Shown here piece after piece: positions 56,417-64,000 of a DNA stretch of 64,000 bases (the first letter of the stretch is position 1; each line of letters begins with the position of its first letter). Source of the stretch: Spirochaetes bacterium ADurb.Bin218. Its GTDB lineage: Bacteria; Spirochaetota; UBA4802; UBA5550. A model generated the notes under the pieces. That model was not told the DNA's origin. It saw nothing but the letters and a program-made list of their open reading frames with translations, and did no database searches. The translations under genes and the position numbers were made by a program. Location: NCBI GenBank assembly GCA_002069965.1, contig MWCI01000011.1, forward strand, positions 2,285-66,284, in the 5' to 3' direction.

Positions 56417-56628
56417 GAAGAGTCGTTTTTAATTGGCTTTTTCTTTTTCACATAAGGAGTTTTAGCTTTTTCTTTTTCTTTGTTATCCTCACAATTGCTT
56501 TTGGACTTACCACAGAATTCATGGGAATTATCTTTTTCTTTTATGCTATTTTCAGAAGGACTTCCTGCGGCAAAAACTGCTGAGCAAAGCAAAAGTAAAA
56601 TCAGTGATGATATTATTTTTTTTGTCAT
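56407..56628 (-). CDS. 73-aa secreted Lys-rich protein, unknown function
   Basis: Clear signal peptide MTKKIISSLILLLLCSAVFAA. Its 3' end overlaps the convergent NlpC/P60 gene by 10 nt. Confidence 0.4.
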   Translation of the reverse strand: MTKKIISSLILLLLCSAVFAAGSPSENSIKEKDNSHEFCGKSKSNCEDNKEKEKAKTPYVKKKKPIKNDSSQK

Positions 56629-56912
56629 ATCTTATTCCTTGTACTATCAAAAGGATTTTTCTAAGTGTAAATTAAACTTATATTTTCTAATCGATCAAGC
56701 AATATAGTAAAACACTGGGGAAAATATATCGTAAAATTAAGGTATAGTAGAGAGATAGTGTAGTAATAAATGAGAATGAAGATAAACTTTTTTGATTATT
56801 TTTTATAATTTATTTTTACTGCTGAGTTGTTCGTTTATAATTAATCCTAAATTTTCAGGGACTATTTTAGTGACGGATTTTAGAGCATCAAACTGTCAAT
56901 TTGCCAGGATTA

Positions 56913-57185
56913 TCAATAAACCTCATCATGTCTCCCAACATCGATTGGAATTATTATATCATTTTCAATAAGAAAATCAATACAGATACGATATAATATA
57001 TTTATTGAAACTGAATATAGTTCAGATAATTTACCATCTAGTTTATGTAAGCGAAGTGAAGGATGTTTTGGATTAATCTCCAGTAGCTTTAGTGTCTTTT
57101 CATATTGCGACAATAGATCTGGATGTTTCTTTATGAATTTTTTAGCCCTTTTAATATAACTTTCAGTATAAATAATCTCAGCCAC
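56913..57185 (-). CDS. type II toxin, RelE/ParE superfamily
   Basis: 90 aa; HPSLRLHKLDGKLSELYSVSINILYRI...VGRHDEVY pattern. GTG start overlaps the antitoxin stop by 8 nt. Confidence 0.75.
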   Translation of the reverse strand: MAEIIYTESYIKRAKKFIKKHPDLLSQYEKTLKLLEINPKHPSLRLHKLDGKLSELYSVSINILYRICIDFLIENDIIIPIDVGRHDEVY

Positions 57186-57435
57186 GAGTAATTCTCTTTA
57201 CATGTTTTTCTACTGATTCCTTGTGAAATTTGCCTTCTTTTATGTCTTTTCTTGATTCATGCAAAGCAGCTTCAAGTTCGCATTCTCTCAGATAATTATA
57301 TTTTTCAATGGGAAGAACCACATATTTGTTTTTCCCTCTAACAGTAATAATTACTTCATCACCTGAGGAAGTATGCTCATTTAATATGGAAATACCTTTC
57401 GTTTTTAGGTCATTTGCTGTTATTGTCTGTGCCAT
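57178..57435 (-). CDS. type II antitoxin, Phd/YefM family
   Basis: MAQTITANDLKTKGISIL...VIITVRGKNKYVVLPIEKYNYL pattern. ATG 57435 is preferred over the track's TTG 57450. Confidence 0.75.
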   Translation of the reverse strand: MAQTITANDLKTKGISILNEHTSSGDEVIITVRGKNKYVVLPIEKYNYLRECELEAALHESRKDIKEGKFHKESVEKHVKRITRG

Positions 57436-57450
57436 TTTTATATCCCTCAA

Positions 57451-57493
57451 ATTAGTACTATATATAGTATGAATATTAGTACTATTTTGTCAA
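57451..57493 (-). promoter_or_regulatory. toxin-antitoxin promoter with paired palindromic operator boxes
   Basis: Minus strand: TTGACA (57488-57493), 18-nt spacer, TACTAT (57464-57469). ATTAGTACTA occurs at 57451-57460 and 57475-57484, with a palindromic TAGTACTA core. Confidence 0.5.
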
Positions 57494-57957
57494 GTTTATA
57501 TACACTATTAATGGCAAATTCTTTAGAATAATGTTTTGCCTATGCAAAATCGCAGCAGCCTTTTCACAGCGATTGTAGCCTATCCCAAGGGAGCGCCAGG
57601 GAGTGAAGAGCATAAGCTTTGTTATCTGAAGCGGCCAAAGTAAAAAGAGTCTACTCCAGTATTTGACAGGACGTTAAAGGCTGAGGAGAAAATGCTATTC
57701 AATATGTTCTAATTTAATTTCAATTAAAAATAGTTCTCTCTATATCAGCGAGATAGATATTTGATAAATGCTATATCCCGGAGGATTTAACCACTTATTT
57801 TTAACCTGAGTTTTCCCTTTCCATTAAAACAAAGAGTTATGCACAACAATTTCTAATAAAATAATTGAAAAAATAAGCAATGTTTTTACTATGACTTTTC
57901 TTTGAAAGTAGTTAAAATTATATATGAAGTCAATTCTGAAGTAAAGAGGTTAAGGCC

Positions 57958-58863
57958 ATGACAGATAAAATTTGGAGTTTGAAGCAAGAATCAACATGGA
58001 AGACCAAAGTTGGCCTTGCAGAAATGCTTAAGGGAGGAGTAATAATGGATGTTGTTACTCCAGAGCATGCAAAGATTGCAGAGGATGCAGGAGCTGCAGC
58101 AGTTATGGCTCTTGAAAGGGTTCCTGCTGATATAAGAGTAGCAGGTGGTGTTGCTCGCATGTCAGATCCTGAGGTGATAATAAGAATTCAGGAGGCTGTT
58201 TCTATTCCTGTGATGGCAAAATGCAGAATTGGACATTTTGTAGAGGCGCAAATTCTTGAGGCCCTGGGTGTTGATTTTATAGACGAGAGTGAGGTTTTGA
58301 CCCCAGCAGATGATAGATACCATGTAAATAAACGCAATTTTAAAGTGCCCTTCGTTTGTGGTTGCAGAGATCTGGGAGAGGCCCTGAGGCGAATTGGGGA
58401 AGGTGCAGCTATGATTAGAACCAAGGGTGAGGCAGGCACTGGAGATATAATTGAAGCTGTTCGTCACATGAGAACTCTGCAGGATGAGATTCGCAGAATT
58501 ACAAGTCTGCCAGAGGAAGAGCTTATGACTGTTGCAAAGGAGTTGGGTGCCCCATACGAACTGGTTTATGAGGTTGCAAAAACTGGCAAGCTACCTGTGC
58601 CTAATTTTTCAGCAGGAGGTGTTGCAACTCCAGCAGATGCTGCTCTTATGATGCACCTTGGAGCTGAGGCTGTATTCGTTGGCTCTGGTATTTTTAAATC
58701 AGGGAATCCTGCAAAGAGAGCTCAGGCTATTGTCCAGGCTGTGACTTATTATAATGATCCCAAAAAGCTGGCAGAGATATCCCGCAATTTAGGTGAGCCT
58801 ATGACGGGAATCGGAGTTACTCAGCTTAAAGACAGTGACAAGCTTGCAGGTAGGGGTTGGTAG
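57958..58863 (+). CDS. pdxS: pyridoxal 5'-phosphate synthase lyase subunit PdxS
   Basis: Highly conserved sequence ([35 protein letters not shown]...). Confidence 0.97.
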   Translation: MTDKIWSLKQESTWKTKVGLAEMLKGGVIMDVVTPEHAKIAEDAGAAAVMALERVPADIRVAGGVARMSDPEVIIRIQEAVSIPVMAKCRIGHFVEAQILEALGVDFIDESEVLTPADDRYHVNKRNFKVPFVCGCRDLGEALRRIGEGAAMIRTKGEAGTGDIIEAVRHMRTLQDEIRRITSLPEEELMTVAKELGAPYELVYEVAKTGKLPVPNFSAGGVATPADAALMMHLGAEAVFVGSGIFKSGNPAKRAQAIVQAVTYYNDPKKLAEISRNLGEPMTGIGVTQLKDSDKLAGRGW

Positions 58864-58869
58864 AGCTTG

Positions 58870-59448
58870 ATGTCTAATGCAAAGAAGATAGGCGTCCTTG
58901 CCATGCAGGGAGCCTTTCATAAGCATTGTGAGATGATTGAAAGGCTTGGCCATTTCAGTTGCCAGGTGAGAACATCTGAGGATCTGTTGACCTGTGATGC
59001 TCTCATAATACCTGGTGGAGAAAGCACTGTAATGAGCAAGCTCATTACAAGAAACAACCTCCTTGATATAATTATTCATAGAGCAAATAATGGAATGCCA
59101 ATCTTTGGAACCTGTGCAGGATTGATACTTCTTGCAAGCAATGTTGTAGCTTTTGAGCTTCCACTTTTGAGATTACTTGATGTCACTGTTGAGAGAAATG
59201 CCTACGGGAGGCAGCTTGAGAGCTTTGAGGCTAATCTGGAAATTAAAGGTATGACAGAGCCTCTAAGGGGGATATTTATTAGAGCCCCAAAAATAATTCA
59301 TCTTTCTGATGAAGTTGAGGTTTTAGCTGCCTTTGATGGAGATCCAGTTCTTGTCCGTCAGGGCAATATTCTTGGAGCAACATTTCACCCTGAGCTTACA
59401 GATGATACAAGAATTCATGAGTTCTTCTTATCTATGCTTGCCCAATAA
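58870..59448 (+). CDS. pdxT: pyridoxal 5'-phosphate synthase glutaminase subunit PdxT
   Basis: IGVLAMQGAF, catalytic Cys GTCAG, FHPELT. Confidence 0.95.
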   Translation: MSNAKKIGVLAMQGAFHKHCEMIERLGHFSCQVRTSEDLLTCDALIIPGGESTVMSKLITRNNLLDIIIHRANNGMPIFGTCAGLILLASNVVAFELPLLRLLDVTVERNAYGRQLESFEANLEIKGMTEPLRGIFIRAPKIIHLSDEVEVLAAFDGDPVLVRQGNILGATFHPELTDDTRIHEFFLSMLAQ

Positions 59449-59636
59449 GCTGCTTTTAATATCTTTAACCGCAACAATTTTTAAAAAATTTTACTGCAAG
59501 GTAATGAATTACCGGCAAAGTTCTGTGTAATAGGGAATTTCCTATCTAAAAAACTTGAGGGATAATAGTGCTTTTTAATATAAAAAATAATTGCCTCTTA
59601 TTGGCTAATGTGAATAAATAAGTCAGAGGTAAAGTC

Positions 59637-61514
59637 ATGGAGATAAATGAAAAGTTACAGTCACTAATAAATAACTCAGATTTGATTGTTGCAGTAAACT
59701 CTGCAAAGGAATTGATGAATATTACTTCACGACCTCTTTTATTAGATGAGATAGAATTGCTTAAAAAAAATGGAAATCGCTCTGACAACTGGGAAAATAT
59801 AAGAGTTGTTGGTGATTTCAATGGAGAATATATAAGAGATAATTATTTTTATGGAAAGGTTGTGCTCCATGAATTTACAGGTGCCTTGGTAAAATTACGC
59901 AATTATTCATCTTTTACCTCTGGTATATATAGAAGCGCAATAGGGAATTGTATAATCGGCAAAGATTCTCTTATTTATGAGTGTAAGCTGCTTGATAATT
60001 TCATAGTATCCTCTGGTGCTATTATTTTTAATGTTGGCACAATTGCATCAAAAGAGAGAAATTCTTTTGGAAATGGCGAGATTATACCTATTGGGCCAGA
60101 AACAGGGGATCTGGCATTTCCAGTCTTTGCAGAGATGGATATGGAAGCAGCTATTTTTATACTTAACAGCTCTCATACGCCAGAAATATTTTCGGAGTAT
60201 GTAGCCCTTTATAGGAATTTGCTTTCTCTGGAAAAAGGATTCATAGGAGAAAATGCATCTATAATAAACACACTTTCAATAGAAGATTCCTTTATTGGCG
60301 ATTATGCAATTGTTGATGGAGCCATAAGGATCTCTAATTCCACTGTTTTGAGTTCCATGGATGAGCCTTCTTCTTTAATAGATGGGGTCTTGGCAGAAGG
60401 AGCACTTATACAGAATGGCTGTCATATTAAAAAAGGAGCTGTGCTTTTTAATTCACTTTTAATGGAACATTGTGAAGTGGAAAATCAATGCAGAGTCTCT
60501 TCCTCTGTTATTGGGCCTAACTCTGCATTGGGAGGGGGTGAGGTTACCTCAACCTTTGCAGGTCCTTTTACAGTGAGTCACCATCAGTCTCTGCTTATAT
60601 CGGCAATCTGGCCAGAGGGCAAGGGTAATATTGGCTATGGAGCAAATGTTGGGTCCAATCATACGTCAAGGCTGCCAGATCAGGAAATATATCCCGGGGA
60701 GGGATTGTTCTTTGGACTTGGCTGTAGTATAAAATTCCCTTCATGTTATCGCAAATCACCTTATTCTATAATTGCAACAGGGACAGTAACTCAGCCTCAA
60801 AGAGTTGAATTTCCATTTTCTCTTATAATACCAAATTCTTATGGAGAGAGAGATATTCCTCAAAGTTTTAATGAGCTCATACCAGCATGGGTGCTTAAAG
60901 AGAATATGTTTTCCATTGTGCGCAATGAATCTAAATATAAGATGAGGAATAAATCACGAAGAAATAAAATAGTCTATAAAATATTCAGACAGGATATAAT
61001 AAATTTAATGATTGATGCAAGAGAACGATTGAAAAATGTTAAATCGATAAGGGAATTTTATTGTGGCGATGATATTCCAGGGGCAGGGAAAAATGTAATC
61101 AGAGAGGAATCAAGGCTTGGGGCTATTGCAACTTATGATTTTTATATACGCTACTATACTCTTTATTGCCTTTATCAGAGACTTTGTGAGCTTTTGCAAA
61201 GAGGCAAATCCCTTGATGAGCTTTACACTCCTACAGAGAACTATGAATGGAACCATGCCCTTGGCCTTCTTCAATCAAATAAGCATAATTTTTCAACACT
61301 TAAATCTGATCTAAGGGAACTCATTGCATGCCTTGAAAAAATACAGAGCAGTATTTTTAATTCAAGACTTAAAGACTTTGAAAGAGGGAATAAGATCATA
61401 GAAGGTTATGAGCGATATCACAAACCCCCTTCTCATGAAATGTTTATCATAGAATTTAAAGAAACAACTAAATCTCTAATAACTTCTATTGAAGATGTGA
61501 TATTGAAGCTTTAG
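59637..61514 (+). CDS. 625-aa left-handed-beta-helix-repeat protein (DUF4954-like?)
   Basis: Runs of hexapeptide-like repeats (IGKDSLIYECKLLDNFIVSSGAIIFNVG; IGDYAIVDGAIRISNSTVLSS; IQNGCHIKKGAVLFNSLLMEHCEVENQCRVSSSVIG). Family assignment is from memory of size and architecture only. Confidence 0.4.
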   Translation: MEINEKLQSLINNSDLIVAVNSAKELMNITSRPLLLDEIELLKKNGNRSDNWENIRVVGDFNGEYIRDNYFYGKVVLHEFTGALVKLRNYSSFTSGIYRSAIGNCIIGKDSLIYECKLLDNFIVSSGAIIFNVGTIASKERNSFGNGEIIPIGPETGDLAFPVFAEMDMEAAIFILNSSHTPEIFSEYVALYRNLLSLEKGFIGENASIINTLSIEDSFIGDYAIVDGAIRISNSTVLSSMDEPSSLIDGVLAEGALIQNGCHIKKGAVLFNSLLMEHCEVENQCRVSSSVIGPNSALGGGEVTSTFAGPFTVSHHQSLLISAIWPEGKGNIGYGANVGSNHTSRLPDQEIYPGEGLFFGLGCSIKFPSCYRKSPYSIIATGTVTQPQRVEFPFSLIIPNSYGERDIPQSFNELIPAWVLKENMFSIVRNESKYKMRNKSRRNKIVYKIFRQDIINLMIDARERLKNVKSIREFYCGDDIPGAGKNVIREESRLGAIATYDFYIRYYTLYCLYQRLCELLQRGKSLDELYTPTENYEWNHALGLLQSNKHNFSTLKSDLRELIACLEKIQSSIFNSRLKDFERGNKIIEGYERYHKPPSHEMFIIEFKETTKSLITSIEDVILKL

Positions 61515-61521
61515 AGAGCTT

Positions 61522-62610
61522 TTAAATGGGCAAATCCTCAATTGCCTCTATTATGCCTTTTAGAACCTCTTTGTTTGCAGATTTTATAGATAGCTCTTCT
61601 ACCTTAGCATAGGCCTCGTCAATTAGAGATTCGTGGCTATTTATTGTTTCTTCAAGTCCACCAGAGTCTTTAATTGTGCATCTTATCCATTCTATATCTG
61701 TAGGAGTTTTTGATTGAGAAAGAAATTTTTCTCTGAATATAGTAAAATCCTCGTCAGATAATTTTTGCATGGTGTTGTGTATGAGCAAGGTAAACTTTCC
61801 CTCTACCAGATCGCTATCGGAGGGTTTCCCTGTTTCAGATTCAACTCCAAAAATGCTGAGAATATCATCTCTTATTTGAAAAGCAAGCCCCAGGGTTAGG
61901 CCAAAGTTTTTTATAGCCTCAAGCTCATGTATCCCCTGACCACCGCTTAAGACATATCCCATTGTCATTGGATATGCAATAGTATAGTATGCCGTTTTCA
62001 TCAAAGAAATGAGCATTGGAGCCTCTGTATCTTTCTCCAGTGTTATAGGCAGAGTGTTTAGTGAGTCTAAAATTTGACCCCATGCAGTTTTTTCGTATGT
62101 CTGTGAAAAAATCTTCAAAAACTCTGTCCTTATGCTATTTCTGATCTTTGCATTGGCAATAATCTCAAGGGAGCAGGAAAACATTATATCAGCAACAATT
62201 GAAGCAATATCTGTTCCTATATATTCATTCCGTGTTTGAGGCCTGTATTTATCTCCAAGCAATATGTGCATAGCTTTGCCACCCCGCCTCATAGGGCTTC
62301 TGTCAATTATATCGTCCTGAATCAAAAGGAGAGAGTGCATTATCTCAACGGCAGCACCTAATTTTATAATTTCTTCAATTTTTTTGAATCCCCTTTTATA
62401 TCCAATATAGGAATTCAGGAGCAATAATGGTCGTATTCTTTTGCCATCACGCAGGCAATATTCTTTTATATCAGAAAGTATCTCTTTGGCAAATTCATGG
62501 GGATAGCCATTAATCTTGGAATCAAAATAGCTTTTTATATATTCATCAAATAGATGAGTATATTTTGCTGAAAAGTTACGAAACTGATTTTGGCTGTTTT
62601 TATTAGTCAT
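61522..62610 (-). CDS. polyprenyl diphosphate synthase (trans-IPPS)
   Basis: First Asp-rich motif LLIQDDIID and second Asp-rich motif FQIRDDILS. Chain length is not deducible. Confidence 0.85.
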   Translation of the reverse strand: MTNKNSQNQFRNFSAKYTHLFDEYIKSYFDSKINGYPHEFAKEILSDIKEYCLRDGKRIRPLLLLNSYIGYKRGFKKIEEIIKLGAAVEIMHSLLLIQDDIIDRSPMRRGGKAMHILLGDKYRPQTRNEYIGTDIASIVADIMFSCSLEIIANAKIRNSIRTEFLKIFSQTYEKTAWGQILDSLNTLPITLEKDTEAPMLISLMKTAYYTIAYPMTMGYVLSGGQGIHELEAIKNFGLTLGLAFQIRDDILSIFGVESETGKPSDSDLVEGKFTLLIHNTMQKLSDEDFTIFREKFLSQSKTPTDIEWIRCTIKDSGGLEETINSHESLIDEAYAKVEELSIKSANKEVLKGIIEAIEDLPI

Positions 62611-62780
62611 GAGATCTATCCTAAAAATTTATTAAAATTAAAGATAAAAAAATTACTCTCTAAGTGCAAGTTTTTTATTAATGGGCAGAAGAAATGTGGT
62701 TTATGTATTTTTTTATTGACTAAGAAGTATATTTTAGGTCTCTCGATTGAAGTATTGAAAAATAATTTTGTGGGGACTCT

Positions 62781-63542
62781 ATGCTGGCTAAAAGAATTAT
62801 ACCATGCCTTGATGTTAAAGATGGAAGAGTTGTAAAGGGAGTTAATTTTGTTAATCTCCAGGATGCTGGAGACCCTGTTGAGAATGGAAAATTCTATGAT
62901 CAGGAAGGAGCTGATGAGCTTTGTTTTTTAGACATAACAGCTTCAGCAGACAGACGTAATATTATACTTGATATGGTTAAAAAAGTAGCAGAAACAGTTC
63001 ATATTCCCTTTACTGTTGGTGGAGGCATAAGGACAGTAGAGGATGTGAGGCTAATTCTTGAAAATGGTGCTGACAAGATTTCCATAAATACTGCTGCTGT
63101 TAACAATCCATCTTTGATAACAGAATCAGCAGAGCGTTTTGGTTCTCAATGTATACTTGTTGCAATTGATGCTAAGAAAAATCTTAGAGGAGGATGGACA
63201 GTATATCTCAATGGAGGTAGAACTCCGACAGATCTTGATGCAGTGCAATGGGCAATTGAGGCGCAAAAATTGGGAGCAGGGGAGATATTGCTTACAAGCA
63301 TGGATAGAGATGGGACTAAGGACGGCTATGACCTTGAATTGACAAGAGCTGTCGCAGAGGCAGTGGATATTCCTGTTATAGCCTCTGGTGGTGCAGGGAC
63401 TATAGAGCATCTTTATGATGGGCTGGTTAAAGGAAAAGCTGATGCTGTTCTTGCTGCCTCAATTTTTCATTATAGAGAAATAAGCATAAAAGAGGTTAAG
63501 GATAACCTTAAAAAAAGAGGTATAGAAATTAGACCTATTTAG
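62781..63542 (+). CDS. hisF: imidazole glycerol phosphate synthase cyclase subunit HisF
   Basis: [20 protein letters not shown]...TVGGGIR...IASGGAG; no other his genes are adjacent. Confidence 0.97.
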   Translation: MLAKRIIPCLDVKDGRVVKGVNFVNLQDAGDPVENGKFYDQEGADELCFLDITASADRRNIILDMVKKVAETVHIPFTVGGGIRTVEDVRLILENGADKISINTAAVNNPSLITESAERFGSQCILVAIDAKKNLRGGWTVYLNGGRTPTDLDAVQWAIEAQKLGAGEILLTSMDRDGTKDGYDLELTRAVAEAVDIPVIASGGAGTIEHLYDGLVKGKADAVLAASIFHYREISIKEVKDNLKKRGIEIRPI

Positions 63543-63543
63543 A

Positions 63544-64000
63544 TTAAAGAGCAAAGACAAAGGCTACAACTATACCCACAAGTATCACAAATATAAGAGT
63601 CAGAATTATGATGAATGTTTTACTAAAACCCTTGCTCTCTTCATCCTCCGTTGCCTTTGATTGGTTATAATATGTGGGATCCATGGCGACTTTAATGTTC
63701 TCTTCTTCCTCGATAATTTTCATGTAGATCCCCTTAGCTACAATTGCAATTATATTAAGATAGTCATCTTTTTTAAGAGAAACAATTCTTCCAGGTATGG
63801 GTTTCATGTTGCCTTCTTCATCATAGGCTTTGAAGGCCTTTGCAAGTTCAATAGCCTTTGGGGTTTTGTCTATGATGCTTATCATAATTCTGTCGCCAAC
63901 TGCTAATTTGGCTATGTCTTTTCCTTTTATAGGGGAAAGTATCAAAGCTCCATTTAGCATCAATTTGATTTCACGACCTTCAAGGGCATCGTCGATTTTC
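63544..64000 (-). CDS. hypothetical tail-anchored membrane protein, probably partial
   Basis: C-terminal TM helix FIIILTLIFVILVGIVVAFVFAL. The frame stays open upstream of the listed start to the window edge. Confidence 0.4.
   Translation of the reverse strand, partial: KIDDALEGREIKLMLNGALILSPIKGKDIAKLAVGDRIMISIIDKTPKAIELAKAFKAYDEEGNMKPIPGRIVSLKKDDYLNIIAIVAKGIYMKIIEEEENIKVAMDPTYYNQSKATEDEESKGFSKTFIIILTLIFVILVGIVVAFVFAL

Noticed and set aside
57542-57643. 33-codon ORF (MQNRSSLFTAIVAYPKGAPGSEEHKLCYLKRPK) in the GC-richer spacer
   Set aside because: It has no SD and no recognisable family. The region is reported as an unexplained non-coding island rather than a gene.
60597-60604. GCCGATAT (sigma-28 -10 consensus) on the minus strand inside the beta-helix gene
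   Set aside because: There is no TAAA at the -35 position (CTTG instead). It is antisense inside a coding region with no downstream gene to drive, so it is most likely chance.
1-64000. Scan for CRISPR arrays, IS/transposase, integrase, phage or known defence-system genes, including next to the two tRNA genes
   Set aside because: No regularly spaced direct repeats were seen. No ORF resembles a transposase, recombinase, Cas, restriction or phage structural protein. The tRNAs are flanked by housekeeping genes (lon/ndk and ndk/dnaX).

Overview
AT-rich, densely coding bacterial chromosomal segment, mostly on the + strand. I cannot assign a taxon. The flagellar gene order resembles the Firmicute/spirochaete 'fla/che superoperon' type. 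Content: (1) 3' part of an RND efflux gene and a hydrolase. (2) A chemosensory operon STAS-cheA-mcp-cheW-cheR-cheD-cheB (2.9-9.9 kb). (3) Flavin-reductase-like genes, a canonical PilZ gene and a sphingomyelin-synthase-like (PAP2_C) membrane protein. (4) An ABC-2/GldG-like/DUF4340 transporter set, lon, tRNA-Leu(GAG), ndk, tRNA-Ser(GGA), dnaX-ybaB-recR, der, tsaB/tsaE and a TetR gene. (5) A ~17-kb flagellar export cluster: DUF115-flbD, then fliL-fliY-fliOPQR-flhBAFG-orf170-fliA-DUF342-orf105-orf242-cheR-cheD, running on into yicC-remA-gmk-rpoZ-miaA-hfq. (6) An orphan cheW, an Fe-ADH-like gene, flgM with a textbook sigma-28 promoter, argJ, a second STAS gene, an NlpC/P60 lipoprotein, a RelE/Phd toxin-antitoxin pair, pdxST, a large beta-helix protein, a polyprenyl synthase and hisF. 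I saw no CRISPR array, IS element, integrase or prophage gene. Best candidates for something new: uncharacterised genes embedded in the flagellar cluster (DUF115 coupled to flbD, the flhG-fliA spacer ORF, the DUF342-orf105-orf242 module after fliA), a STAS protein translationally coupled to CheA, a 390-aa split-motif PilZ-like protein behind a sigma-28-type -10 box, and an unannotated 30-codon bS22-like basic ORF. All homology calls come from motif recognition by eye; no searches were run.
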